From: the human T2T-CHM13v2.0 reference genome, Homo sapiens
Direction: 5' to 3' (one strand)
Assembly (NCBI RefSeq): GCF_009914755.1
Contig: NC_060928.1
DNA: 64,000 bases
Made by a program: the position numbers and the translations under genes
Notes under the pieces: generated by a model
What the model was told of the DNA's origin: nothing
The model's input: only the letters and a program-made list of their open reading frames with translations
Database searches by the model: none
Part shown: positions 17,965 through 36,044 of the stretch, in pieces
Position numbering within the stretch: position 1 is the first letter of the stretch
Layout of the letters: every line of letters starts with the position of its first letter

Positions 17965-18820
17965 GCTTCAATTAATATTTATCAATTAAAGTCTATGTAT
18001 TAACAGGCACTCTCAGACATTATAGATCTAATTATAAATGAGATATATTAGTTAAATAAAATATATATTGGGAGGATATAAGACAGACAACTAACCCAGG
18101 AAGCAGGGATCCAGTAGTCTTCCTCAAGAAGATGCATATATATAGACTTGAAGAATAAGCAATAATTAGTCAGAAAAATGGTGGGCATAATGTGTGGGGA
18201 GAGACAGAATGTCAGTCAGAATAGGTTATGTTTTATTGTAGTAAATAACAAATGAATATATACCCTAAAAATCTCAGTGGTTTAAACAACAAAATTGATT
18301 TATTGTTTACACTGTATTTTCATAAGAGCACTTCCAAAGGACTTATAATTATGATCATCACTCAGAGACCAAAGCAGATCAAGGCTCCAGCTTGACATGT
18401 TCTTCTACAGTCAGAGATACAGTGTAAAGAAAACCTGGAAATGTCAGACACTAGTTTTACTCATATAGTCACTTTTATTCATATTTCATTGGCTAAAGTA
18501 AGTCACAAGGCTTACTTTTGTGGAAGTATTGGAATATAGATGTATATATTCTTTTCCCACACAGGGACAGAACAGTTGTGAAAAATAATACACACTTTCT
18601 ACATAGATATCTAACTGAAAAACCTTCAAGTACAAAGTTCCAGAAATAAGAACACGTGGTGGCAATTTTTCAAAGGAGGCAGCAATTAATTGATTAAAGA
18701 TAATATTTTGACTGTTACTTTGGCAAGATATGAGACTGGAGAGATAAGCAGAAACCAGATAATAGAGGACCTTGTCACCACCTTGAATTTTATCTTGAGG
18801 AAAATGTTAAAATTGATTAG
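17965..18820 (-). mobile_element. L2 fragments flanking an MLT1 LTR
   Basis: Antisense L2 tail at 17965; 'ttcctcaagaagatg...gacttgaagaataag' and 'gagactggagagataagcagaaaccagataatagagg'. Confidence 0.5.
18209..18602 (-). mobile_element. MLT1 (J/K/L-type) MaLR solo LTR
   Basis: 'tgtcagtcagaatagg...aaaatctcagtggtttaaacaacaaa...catatttcattggctaaagtaagtcacaaggc'. Confidence 0.7.
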
Positions 18821-19983
18821 AAATCATCTCATACACTTTCTTCCCAAGTCACATAATTTGAGGCTCTTACCTGAAATTATGAGACCACTACAATGACCAC
18901 TTGCAAATCTTATAATCCTTCAGCTTAGGTATAAAGAGCATGTGTGCGTGTGTGTGTGTGTGTATTATCTGAAATACATAAAACAGTAAAATTATATGTC
19001 CTTGAGTAAAATTAAATTTTATACTATCTGCATTAAACATGTAGTAGTTTTTCAGTTGTCTTTTGCTTAGTTATTTTAGCAGATCGTAAACAGAACAAGC
19101 AGCCTGTTCCCTAGGCTTCATTATTTTATAAGCCCTCATTATTACTCCTATTTTTCTCCTTCCTGAAGGAAAAGAAAAGGTGGTTATAAAACATTGTTAA
19201 TTTCACAAATGCAGTTAAATGCATGATCTACTAGGCTCATAATACCTATTGCATTCCATTTTAGAACATGTTTACCAAAGAACCCTATGTATTTTTGCAG
19301 TACTTTATAGAAGCCAAGCATTTTTAAATCACAAAGCGGACTATATTGTTTCTATACACACATACACTTAACATTCAAACTTTTGGTTTGATAGTTCAAA
19401 ATTCTATTATTGAAACTATCAATGAATACTTTAAACTGAACTACATGATAACATTTAAAATTCAATTGATTGTGAATAAAATTTATATTTTATTTTGTTT
19501 CAAAACATCAGAAAACCTGGCCACTCAAGACTCACAATTTAGCAAGGTATTAGTTTTCTCTTGCTGAATGTTGACTAATCTTCTGGTTGACTTGTCATTT
19601 TTGATTATATACATAAATTTCTATTACTTTTCTGACCTGCGTGAATATTTCCATTTGAGATCCAGGTTATTTCATCCTCTTTTTTCTTTAGGACTCCTTC
19701 TGGAGTATCTTAAGGAAAATTTCAGTGAAAAATGATTGATTTCCTCAGAATGCCATTTTTTTCATTGTTTGACTATTTTAATTGTTATAGGTATCCCTAT
19801 TATTCAACCCAGTTTGAATTAAGTTTATCTGAATAAGAAGAATTTAGATGTACAATCACTATCATCAAACATGTGAAAGAAGATCATGTAAAATAAAGAT
19901 TAGTTATAGATATTCAGAAATGAAGACACAGACTGATGGGTACAAAAACATATTGTGTAAATATAGGAAGTCATTTATGTTTC

Positions 19984-20411
19984 TGTTAGGATCTGCTGCA
20001 CAGTAAATCAGCCCAACATGAATAGCTTAAGACAATAACCTTTTATTTAGTTCCCTGTCCAGTTGGTTGGCTGCCTGGTTCATTCGATCTAGGCAACTTA
20101 GCAAATCTCTGTTAGAATCATTCATGCAGTGTCAGTCACTACTCTGATGGTTAGTAGACTGTTGGCTACAGCAACAGGAATGACTTTGCTCTCGTCTCTC
20201 ATCATCCAGCCAACTTCTCCATATGGTAGTCCCCAGGTTCAAATAGTAGGAAGATAGGATTTTGGAAGTTCTCTTGAGGTATTGAATTGAAACATGCACA
20301 AAATCACAAAGCAATTTCCAAGGTCAGCCCAGACTAAAGGTGTAGAAAAGTAGATTCGATTCTCAATAGTAAGCAAGCTGGAAATTACTGTGGTTATTTT
20401 TAATCTACCAA
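19984..20411 (-). mobile_element. MLT1 (H/I-type) MaLR solo LTR
   Basis: 'tagcttaagacaataacc...tctctcatcatccagc...aaggtcagcccagactaaagg...tttttaatctacca'. Confidence 0.7.
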
Positions 20412-22564
20412 GCAGCAATAAATTGTTTCTTATTTACCAGAAAAAGTGACTCTCAATAGCAGATGCAAGATCTGGGAAAATGTTTCCTCAGGTAAATTCA
20501 CCTATGTGTGTATGGTAAGACACTGCTTCTACTCTGTTCATCAGCAAAACACTTATTATCATTTTCATAACTTTCCTAGAATTTTAGTTAACTCTCCAAT
20601 GATTTGTTTTTCTCTTAAAATTCTGTAAAGTTTACTGTTCCTGGTAATATAACTGTGGAGAAAATATAAATATGTGTGATCTATCAGCCACTATTGAGAG
20701 TGCAACCAGCTCTTTCTAACTTCTCTTCTGATTATTTTTTCTATTTAACTCAAGAGTTTTTATAACAAAGTTTTGCTGTGATGTTTTGCCACTAGTTATT
20801 TCACCCTTCCCCTGCAGCATTTCAAATTACTTACAGTTTCACAAAAAAGACCACAAAAAAGCCACATATCCCGCTTTATTTTGATATGGACACATAAACT
20901 TCACAAAAGCTAGGTGTGTATATAGAATAGAAGCAGATGAAGCATGACGTGACGTATCTGTTTATTTACCCACTAATAGTTTTTAAAGGGTATATAGCTA
21001 CTGGTTACAGTCTCTGAGTAGGAACTGTTCTGCCAAATTTGAGAAAACATCCTATTGCAAGCTACTGTTTCCAAACTCAGATTTATGCCAAATTTCCAGA
21101 AATTTTTAAATATGTTCCCTGCCTATAAAAGAAATGTTTTCTTCTAGATCCTATTTCCATAATCTCTGATTCTGACCCAACAATTTTGTTTTTTTCTGGA
21201 TTACAATAAACTATTGGTTTGGTCCAAGGTTATGATCACAAATCCATTTCACTGCATTCCCTTTTGACAAATTTAAGATGTAAAAATTAATAGCTTCAGC
21301 TTGGGGTAACTCTATTACTGTAGGACTACATGCCCAAATCACTGCATAGTATATCCTCTTTGACATAACCACCCTATGTTCCCGGTATTATCCAATCTAT
21401 TTCCCGATGACTGCCTTCTTCCACAAGCTGTTTTTTTCTACCAATAACTTCCCAGTTGGTCCCAAACCCTAATTTGATTCCTCTTCCTCATTATATTTCT
21501 CAATGAAGTAATTTCTGAATCTTCTTATTCCAATCCTCAAATCAGCCCGTCTATCCTGTTTGCCATTTTCTCTGCCCAATATCCTACCCATCTGGTTTCT
21601 AAATTCGTCTTTTGAAAAATTCCGTCATGTTCAGATAAATATATCCATAATTACATTGATTTTATTGAAGCAAAATTCTGATACTTTACTCTTCTCCTTG
21701 AAAAACATGCTGATTCATTAGACAAATATAAAATATCCTTGCAGCCAAAATTCAGTTTGACTTTTCTAATATTTTCCACTCTCCCGTTTACCATATGTAT
21801 AGTGCATCCCCAAATTCCTTTTGTTTACTTCTAAAATTTTTTTTCCTAGGTTTTTTTTTTTACCTTTACTTTTATTATAACCAAACCATATGCATCTTTC
21901 CAGATCTATTTCCAAATGCTATCCTCCTCAGGAACTATTTAATACATTTATCTATTTCTCTATTCAATGTACTCATCTATTTCATCTGTGCTTCGCCATT
22001 ATTGATCACTTTTAATGTGGCTATAACTCATTTGTGCATATGACACTTTTCCCATGTCAACAAACTGGTTCAAGTTTTACTTCTCCACAATAGAAAGTAT
22101 GTATAACAGGCAGACAGGTATAGTATTAATTCAATGAGTCAGTAATATAATTCATTAATGGAGTTAACATTCCACATCAGTCTGCTTATCAGTCCCTGTA
22201 TCCAGTCTATGCTGTATTCTCTTAAAAGACAAAAAATATGCTTCATTTCATGCATTAATTATGTGTGTAACACACCCATCACATACTATGCACTCTGCCT
22301 TCTGGTTAATGCTTCACTCATATTTTTGAAAGGGCTAAAATACTCCAGTTTATCTACTGCCTTCTCATAATACAGCACGATGAACAACCTATTGTTGTTA
22401 CATTTTTCCTTGCATGAAATTGTATAAGACTAGTATGTACCTCTGTACACTGAAAAAGATATTTTTCTTGATATAGGATATGATTTCATTAGAATTTTGG
22501 TTGTCACATTGCATTGTTAATTTATACTCAAATTACAAACAGCTAATCATCTTTATTATTATTT

Positions 22565-22660
22565 TATATACACACATATACATGTATACACATGTGTGTG
22601 TATACATGCACACAGATATATATATTCACACATATATGAATGTGTGTGTTTGTGTATAAA
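22565..22660. repeat. Mixed (TA)/(CA)/(TG) alternating purine-pyrimidine tract
   Basis: Seen directly. Confidence 0.85.
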
Positions 22661-23341
22661 GAATTGTTAATAAAGATGATCCCATCCTTCTTTAAAGCAT
22701 TACATTTTACAAACTAAGATAGAGCTACAGGTATCCCAATTTTAGTTTAGGTATGGTTTTCCTTCTATCTTATTTAAAACTTTGTGATATGATATTTTTG
22801 GTTATTGTTTCACTTTGTGTCATAATCAGATGTGAAAAGCACACGTGACCACTACTGGATGTTCTGTTCATTGTAGGACCACTGATGTGTAAAGCAATAT
22901 TGATTTTTTTGGGAAATATTTATGAAAAAGGAACACAGAAATGCAGAAGAAAAACTACTTTTTAAATGGAATGTATTTTATACTACATCTCAGCCCTAAA
23001 AACAAGTTTATGCTTTGTAGTTGTTCATTACTTATTGCATGAAATTGAAATAGTATAAAATAGTTATAAAGCTATCTGCTTGCTCTATCAATTACTAAAA
23101 GAGTAGTTTTAAAATCTCATGCAATGGTAGTGTTTTAAAAATTTCTCTTGGTCAGCCAATTAATACTTACTTTAAATATTTTGAGACTGTATATTGTATT
23201 AATAAAAATATAATAATTATTATATCTTCCCATGGAATTAAACATCATGTCTTTAAGTAATAAGAGATTTACTTTATACAATTAGGCGTTGAGAGTAATT
23301 TTCCTTTGAAAGGATATCTTTTGGGTAGTTACTTCCATTTA

Positions 23342-24311
23342 ATTTTATTTTCAGCTCTATTTAGGTTTGACAAATAAAAATTGTATATATTTAAGCTGTA
23401 CAATGTAATGATTTGGTATACATACACATTGTGAAATAATTACCACAATCATGCTAATTAACATATCTGTCATATAGTTACGTGTGTGTGTGTGTGTATA
23501 ACATTTAAAATCTACTAGTAGTAAATGTCAAGAATACTACACAATATCATGAACTATAATCATCATGCTGTACATTGGATTTGCAGAATTTATTCATCCT
23601 GCATAACTGATACTTTGTACACTTTGACCAACATCTCCCCATTTTTCCCACCCCTCAACCTGTGACAACCACTATTCTATTCTGTTTCTGAGTTTGACTT
23701 TTTAAGATTTCATGTATTAGTGAGACAATGCAGTATTTGTCTTTCTGTGACTTTTTTTTTCATATTAACATAATGTGCAGGTTCATCCATATTATCACAG
23801 ATGGCAGAATTTCCTTCTTTTCAGGGCTAAATAATATTTCAATTTTTATATAGACTTTATTTTATTTATCCACCCTTAAATTGACACTTAGGTTTATTAC
23901 TTATCTTGGCTATTGTGGCACTAGGGCAGGCCTGAAGACTTCGGTTTCAGGGGCCAGGCTGGAGCCTAGAGCCATGGGTGTTGGCCTGGTGATAATGTTT
24001 ACAAGGGTGGGCCTTATGCTGGGGTGAGCGACAAAATCAGGTGCTCATTTTACTCCCCTTTACCAACCCAGAGGGTATCTCTCTTCATGCTTGGGATGGG
24101 TTGATATAGGTAATGTGAAACTGTTTTTCCCACCCTCTTCAATATGTTTTTTCTTTATTTCTGTACTCCACCAGGAGCTGCAATCTCTTACTTGCATTGC
24201 ACAGCTTTTGTGAAGGTATATTAGAGTGTGGTTGGTGGTTCAAGCTGATGCTTTTGTCAAGGGACAAACATTGGAAACTCCTATTTCACCATCTTGCTGA
24301 TGTCATGCCCC
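23342..24311 (-). mobile_element. L1MA8/9-like element: 3' UTR (23342-23917) joined directly to an L1M 5' terminus (23918-24311)
   Basis: 3' end 'ttgacaaataaaaattgtatatatttaag...tttattcatcctgcataactga'; sense 5' terminus reads 'tgacatcagcaagatggtgaaataggag'. Confidence 0.75.
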
Positions 24312-24339
24312 AAATAAATATTTCTGACATACCCCTGCA

Positions 24340-24640
24340 GTTCCCTAATCTTCTCTTCAGCTGTGTATAATCTGCTAGCTAAGCCATTTGTTGGGTTTAT
24401 ATTCATTACAATTATAATTTTTACATTCAGAACATACGTTTGCTTCTTTATTATGTCTACATGTCACAAGCTCATATTTGACATTTTTGCTTTATCTTTG
24501 ATAATGTTATGTGCATATTTTTCAATTCTATTTTCTATAATTCCATAATCTGAATTGCAAAAGCCTGTTTATTTTCTGATTGTTGACTCTAAGCTTTTTG
24601 TTTTTCTTGAAATTTTGTCTAATACTTTGAAGCATGTTTT
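24340..24640 (-). mobile_element. Ancient L1/HAL1 ORF1-region remnant
   Basis: 'ctaatcttctcttcagctgtgtataatctgcta...aagccat' resembles antisense old L1 ORF1. Confidence 0.4.
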
Positions 24641-25169
24641 GAAGTAAAGTTCTGCCAGGGTTGTTTAACGAAACTTCTAAAAGTAACCTAAAGATTACCT
24701 TGATTCACATCATTCTAAATTGAATTATCTGAGATTTTAAAAAATTATATGGAAAACATCAATTGAAAATGTGAATGTGATAGGGCATAGTTGTGGTTAT
24801 AAATCCTGAAAGGGACTTTTTCCTTGCCTTAACACAGTAATAGGTTTTAGATAGGTAATTGTATTTGTTGTATTTCTAGGAATAGTGGAGTTTATTTCTT
24901 ATACCCTCTTTGGTAAGCTATGTAATGCTATGAGGTCTCATTGTTATGTGGAGGTTCTATTAGAGTCCCTGGCTGTAGTAGGTCTTAGCTTTATCTATTG
25001 CTTCAAAACATTTTACAATTGCCTAACAATGGTTATAACTGTATGAATACCTATCTCTAAATTTGCACTGACCTCTCTATATATAGACAAATCAATACAG
25101 ATCAATATATAGAAATATACATATATAGATATGTGTTCATAGATAGAAGAATATAGATTTCTTTTTATA

Positions 25170-25898
25170 CAAATGCTCATTCACTTTCTTTCTTTCTTTT
25201 TTTTTTTTTTTTTTTTTTTTGAGACCAAGTGGCGGCGCTCTGTCGCCGAGGCCAGAGTGCAGTGGCGGGATCTCGGCTCACTGCAAGCTCCGCCTCCCGA
25301 GTTCACGCCATTCTCCTGAGTAGCTGGGACTAGAGGAGCCCGCCACCACGCCCGGCTAAGTTTTTCGGTTTTTTTTTTGTTTTGTTTTTTTAGTAGAGAC
25401 GGGATTTCACCGTGTTAGCTAGGATGGTCTCCATCTCCTGACCTCGTGATCCGCCTGCCTCGGCCTCCCAAAGTGCTGGGATTACAGGCGTAAACCACCG
25501 CGCCCGGCCGCTCATTCACTTTCAGTGAGGTCTCGTTCCATTAAACCCATCGTAATTTGAAAATATCATAAATTGAAAATGCATTTAATACATCTAACTT
25601 ATTGAACATCATAGCCTAGCCTATCCTACCTTAAAAGTGCTCAGAACACTTTACAGCTGGGCAAAATAATCTTGCACAGAGCCTATTTTACAATATAGTA
25701 TTGAATATCTGATGGAATTTATTGAATCCTGTACTCAATATAGTATTGAATATCTGATGGAATTTATTGAATACTGTACTAAGACAGAATGCTTGTGCAG
25801 ATACTCAAAGTAAGATTTTTACTTAATTTGTATCACTTTTGCACCATTGTAAAGTTGAAAAATTATTAACTTGAACCACTGGAATTTGTGGACCTCCA
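25170..25898 (+). mobile_element. MER47A (TcMar-Tigger) interrupted by AluY
   Basis: 'ta|caaatgctc...taaacccatcgtaa...aaaatgcatttaatacatctaac...gcaccattgtaaagttgaaa' matches recalled MER47A. Confidence 0.85.
25189..25509 (-). mobile_element. AluY with 13-bp internal deletion
   Basis: CpG-rich, Y diagnostics; perfect 14-bp TSD gctcattcactttc at 25175-25188 and 25510-25523. Confidence 0.95.
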
Positions 25899-25989
25899 TA
25901 TTCAAAACTTCATTGTCATTTTCAGTTCTTATATCTCTTCTCTGTCTTTTAATATTTATTACTAATATTATGACACCTAATATGCAGTG

Positions 25990-26195
25990 ATATTCTAACT
26001 TAATGCTAAGTATTTAATGTCATTATCTCATTCAATACTTAAAATACCTCCTTGAAGATATTTTATGATGTCTATTTATATGTGAAGTAACTGAAGTTTT
26101 AGGTTACATAACCTGCCAAAGATTCCATATCATCTAATTTTCAAAGCTTAAAGTTGAACTCCGCATATTTTCCACCAAAAGTCAAATAAGTAAGC
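25990..26195 (-). mobile_element. MIR
   Basis: 'tgctaagtattta..cattatctcattcaat...gtgaagtaactgaag...taacctgccaaag'. Confidence 0.6.
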
Positions 26196-27919
26196 ATGAT
26201 ATATCTGATTTTTAATAATGATATGCTATTTTATTATTAGTTTAATAAGATATTTTTGAGTGCTGATATAAGAATTGAGGACCATGTGTCCTGATGACAG
26301 ATCCTTACGTTTTAGAATATGATTTACAATAAATCTCTCTGAACCACAGTGGTTCTAACTGTAAAGGAGGAATCAAATGTGTGTGCATTCTTTCATAGGA
26401 AAATTGGGGATTTATTTGTTAATTGGCTTTGAGTTCCTAGGATTAAAGGTTTAAGTACTATCTTTATTAAAGATAAAAACTAATTAAAGTTTTAATCTCA
26501 AATAATCTTACAATTAAGGGATGTCTCTTAAATTCATGTAATGGTTAATTTAAATAAACTTGATCTGCATAGTTTTAGGTCCCTCTTCTTTCTCCTTTCC
26601 TCTGCTATGATTTTCATTCTAATTTCTGTCTTTAGTCAGTGTCAAAATCATTTTCTTATTCTTTTAGTGGAATATTACAAATACAATTTCTCATATTTAG
26701 ATCGAGAATAATGGTAGTTTAATTTCAATATGGACAACATGCCTATGTTATAAGGATTCTTCAAGCAAGATTCGGAAATCCTAGTCTAATGACTAATCAA
26801 ATTTTGGAGGAAAAAGTATTCCTACAAAATCAACAACATTATTTCTAAGCAGATCTAGGAAATTATCATTGGAATAATGAAACCACAACAATTATTAACA
26901 TGGTTCTAGATATTCTCTAGTTGCCCATTACAGTACTTTTTATTCCGTATGAGTTTGGGTAGTAAAACAGATTTGGTACTGGTGTTGGATTGACATGAAA
27001 AAATTAAAAATCTTTCACATACTAGGATTTTTTTTCTTCTCAAAGAAATTCAACTGTTTATGGAAAAGTACCCATGATATAGAGATTATCTTCCTTAAGG
27101 TATTGCACAGTTGCAGAATTCTAAATTAAATGACAACCCCTAATGTGCTTTGATTAAATAAGGTAATTACTAAATAAAATGTCAGAGATATCATTGAAAG
27201 GGAACACCCCACTATACATACATATATATATATTTAGACCAAATTTATTGTAGCCAAAAAGGACTGTTAAGCAATTAATTTTGTTTCCACTCTTCCAATA
27301 ATAACAAAGTTCTAAAATCATATATATAAATTAACATTTATGAAATACTAATTATGACAAGACATATATATCTGATAATATTGTACATATAAAAGAAACA
27401 TGACACCTACTTCCACTGCTCTTATAACCTAATTTGGGAAATATAAAATAAGTCTTTAAATTCTTACCCTTTTTATTTAAGTAAAGCCTAAAATGACATA
27501 GTTGGAGACTTGGAGCTTGTAGAACAGAAACATTTTACTTTTTTATCTTCAGTGAAGGTTTTTTCTATAGAAAAATTGAATTTAAACCTGACATTTTTAT
27601 AATGGGGAGGATCTGGGCTGCTACTGTGTTTTAGGCCTGAATTAAAGATTCCCTCTTAGGACATAGCTTCTCCAGTGGGTTCCTAGTACTTCTGCCTGGG
27701 TGTCCTCCTATACTGTAGTCTGCTTCAATTCAAGTAAGTGCTCATTTTCCTATGTTGGGCCCTTAACACATAGGTTTACTGAATGTTTGGTTTTTATCAA
27801 CATTTTCATATTTCACTTGTAGCCTTTCTCTCAATGAGCTTTTGAGCTGTTTAAGCCTTATTCCTGAAAGCCAGTGACTTCACATTCACATTCATGTTCG
27901 GAACACAGATGGATAAGTC

Positions 27920-29110
27920 TGTCTATCCAAGCTATCTACCTGATTAGGTCACACGATCTAAAATTCAACATAAAGAAAAAAACTGCAGTATTTATTAGTA
28001 TAAGTAAAATATGATCTTTTAAATGTTTTGTTTTTAGTATTACTATCATCCACCTTTTTTTCCCCAAGTGAGATAACTGAGATTTTGCTCTGTTTAATTC
28101 TCCCCCATGTTCTTTAAATATGATTGATTATCAAGTTTTCCTGGTTAAATGTTATTTGTATTTCTGATTATACACCTGATATGGTTTGTCTCTTCCCACT
28201 CAAATCTTATCTTGAATTGTAGTTCCCATAATCCCTATGCGTCATGGGAGGGACCCAGTGGGAGATAATTGAATCATGGGGTCAGTTTCCCCCAAGCTAT
28301 TCACGTGATAGTAAGTTCTCATGAGATCTGGTGGTTTTATAAGGAGCTTTTCCCCCTTTTGCTAGGCACGTCTCCATCCTGTCATCATGTGAAGAAGGAC
28401 ATGTTTACTTCCCCTTCTGCCATGATTGTAAGTTTCCTGAGGCCTTCCAAGCCATGCAGAACTGTGAGTCAATTAATCTTCTTTCATTTTTAGGTTACCC
28501 GGTCTCGGGCAGTCTTTTATAGTAGCATGAGAATGGACTAATACAATACCCTCTAGTTTGTTTCCACACCCACTGCCATATCACAGAACCTCCACATTTC
28601 TACTTGTGCTATTATAATTCATTGTCCTCATCTCTTTTGTTGAAGTCATTTTTTCCAGACCAACTTACACTTCTCACAGTATGTTTGTTAATTTAATATT
28701 TCTATATAGAGATCTTTTCATATTATCCCCTGTGCAGATTCTTCAATAACACTCTGTCACCTGTTTAAGATTTATTTTCAACTGCCCATGGTTCACCCAT
28801 GGTTTTTAATTGATGGTAACACATGAGTTTCTTGATTGCATCTGTTGACTTTTTATCTATGCCTTTACTCATGGCTTTAACCTCTACTTTGCATAAATTT
28901 ACTATGAACTTTGACTCCTGAAAAATTCTAATTTATTTCTTAATTCTTAGTTTAAGCATGCATTACAGTCTGAGTTCATCTATATCTTTTTGGTTAGATT
29001 TTATTTTCCATGGAACTCATTTGTTTGCACTTTATTTCTATGCCAAATATTTAGCAAAAGCATTTGGCAATACAGAAGTTATTTATTTTCTATGTATTGA
29101 ATTAATTTAC
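27920..29110 (+). mobile_element. Highly decayed L2 hosting the THE1C LTR
   Basis: 'atctaaaattcaacat', 'ttcttcaataacactctgtcac', 3' tail-like 'ttagcaaaagcatttggcaatacagaag...tgaattaat'. Confidence 0.4.
28177..28545 (+). mobile_element. THE1C solo LTR (MaLR)
   Basis: TGATATGG...CTAATACA termini; 'gtagttcccataatccc', 'gtgaagaaggac'; 5-bp TSD acacc/atacc. Confidence 0.9.
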
Positions 29111-29809
29111 TAATCAATTGAGGACAACAAGTGACTATGTAGACTATTGCCTAGACTACAAGGCAGTACAGATAAAGGCTATAGGTAAAAGAGTAACTTG
29201 GATTGGGGTTAAGACAAACCCCAGACACTGGAGCAGCTGAATCAATTGTAAAGCAGCTCTGAAAATGCTTCATACATTTTGCAAAGCTCTCATCAGGAAA
29301 AATAAACTAAGACAATTTTCTGGAAGTTATACCTAGTAGGTTAGTGTGGGATAGAATGGGGGAAAAAGTCTAATATGGGAAATCACAAAAATGTCCAGAA
29401 GAGAGACTGAATCCTCCTGTTCGTGTTCAGCCTGACTAGCCTGCAGCTGAATGTTAAATTCTCTAGCTATAGTTGATCAAACCAAACTATTATCAAACAT
29501 CCATATAGGTAGATGAAATTGACGGAAGACCTATCAGCACAGGATCAGGAAAACAAAAGGTGTGTATGTGTTCTAAAAAAGAGTAAAATTTATTTAAATT
29601 TAGATTGCATACATATGCAGTTCTCATTCCTGGCCTTTCCAATTGGTAAGATACTTTGCTGGGCACTGGATATTAATCAGAAAAAAGATTATCATATTCC
29701 CTTACCTGTACACTTTCTTTCAAGTTGGAAGAGACAGTCAATAATACATTAATATACATGGGTATAGTTTTAATTCTAAATAATGATATAATTAAAGACT
29801 GTAATATAC

Positions 29810-33509
<3,700 letters not shown>

Positions 33510-34368
33510 TGTATTGAGAAATAATCATAGAGGATATTTAATTTAGATGAGAAATCAAGGAAGAACTCTCTAGGAAATGTGCATTCGTACTGAAGTCTAA
33601 CATAAATTATCCAAACAGAAAGGGCATATTTGTGGGAGGGGGTTAACCTTGTAATGAATAGATGGGATCCTGGGATGGAAAAAAGCTTGGAACTTCTGAG
33701 GAATGGCTGAAAATTCAGTGCAGGTGAAGTGTTGAAAGACTAGGGTGGGTGACACCAGATATAGCTGAAAGAATAGGCAAGGGTTTACTATGCATGAGCC
33801 AAGACTGTAAGCCATGCCACCACTATACAACTTCCTTATATCTACTAAAAACTGAACATCCTATACAAAAGGGATGTTTATGAACCACTGGGACTTACAG
33901 AAAACACAGTAGCAAATGGGAAAATGGCCAGGGACAGAGGAGTGAAGTAAATAAATATAAACTGCAGTTTCATACCATATGAAGCCAATGTAGCCCACAA
34001 AGAGTAGAGAGAAGTATCCTGTGTCTCTCAGGTCTTCTTAAGCTTTGTCTTCCAATCAGATCTTTAGAAATATGAACATGTAAATATGTGTATGTGTTCA
34101 TTTCTTTGGAATGAGTTTATTTGAACTGTATTTCTTCCTTCAAGTCTAAGCATTCAACTTAAGGATTGTCTTTCAGCCCAAATTGTTGTAAAACTGAGGC
34201 ATCTCCTCTTCAAATGGGATAGTGTCTAGGCTTTGTCCACACTCCCAAAACAATTAAATTAAATAAAAAATTCTTACAGGGTATCCAGTTCATTTCTTTA
34301 ATCCACAGAAGAAGAAACTAAAACCTCAAAGTAATCATATCTCCAAACACCTTAGAAAGCAAAAATTA

Positions 34369-34727
<359 letters not shown>

Positions 34728-34918
34728 TTACAATGAATAAAATTTTCCAGGAGCACAAGAAATAAATATAGAATGACAAGCCAAGATATACTATGATAGA
34801 ATCACTAAAGTCATAAAAGTTGTTTCTTCTCATCCAGCCATACGTAATGGGAGGATAAAGTCTTATTTTGTTTCAGGCCATGTTGATGATTTATATTGTC
34901 TTTGGAGAATTTCTTGGA

Positions 34919-34949
<31 letters not shown>

Positions 34950-34977
34950 CTATATACATATATAGTATATATATATA
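34919..34977. repeat. (CT)n(TA)n compound microsatellite
   Basis: Seen directly. Confidence 0.9.
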
Positions 34978-35577
34978 ATTTCGGCTCTTAAATCATGAAT
35001 CCCATTTGCTTCTGATAATTAGTTAAATTAATTTTTGTTGCTGTTTTACAGGTACCTTAATGAATGGATGCATTATTATGTAACTGAAAATTATCTAGTG
35101 AGTTAAGTAGGATGATAATTTGACCCCTAATTAAGGAAAGCTTTGTTGATGAACAATGAAATTTTTATTTTTAATTGCTAGAAACGGGACTGTCAGAAGT
35201 TTCTTAAACCTTCTTGTTTATGAATTTCTCTCCATGTAATTATAACTATTTACAGTCAAGTGCTGAACATCTCAAACTAATGATACTGTTTATTAGAGAA
35301 AGTCATGTAATGAGTAAGTGTTAAATGTGTCCCTGAAACAAAAGACTTCACATGAAAGTATTATTCTTCCTCTGTCTTTAACCATTGAAATGTTTTTTGT
35401 CCAAGTGATTAGCATGACTCTATCCAAATAAAGGTGGTCTACTCAAGAAATTTACATTCTACTGATGAATAGAAATTCTGCATTACTTAATACGTAAAAT
35501 GTCACACATACGTTGTTTTTGTTTTAGTTGAAGTTTAGTATTGTTCTGTTTATCACACTTATCATAACATGTTTCTT

Positions 35578-35912
<335 letters not shown>

Positions 35913-36044
35913 TCAATAGATATGCAAAAAATATTTTAAACATGGCATCCCAAACAGAAGTAATCATTAGTTCAAGCACTACAATGATCAAATTTATAAT
36001 CCTAAATTTTATTTTGTTTTAAAGGGTAGTAGAAATAAAAACAG

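Noticed and set aside
34938-34977. Perfect 19-bp stem as an RNA gene
   Set aside because: Almost entirely (TA)n, which is self-complementary
35170-35530. Segment resembling a 3' UTR or retrocopy fragment (AATAAA near 35427)
   Set aside because: No poly(A), TSD or identifiable parent; cannot be supported without BLAST
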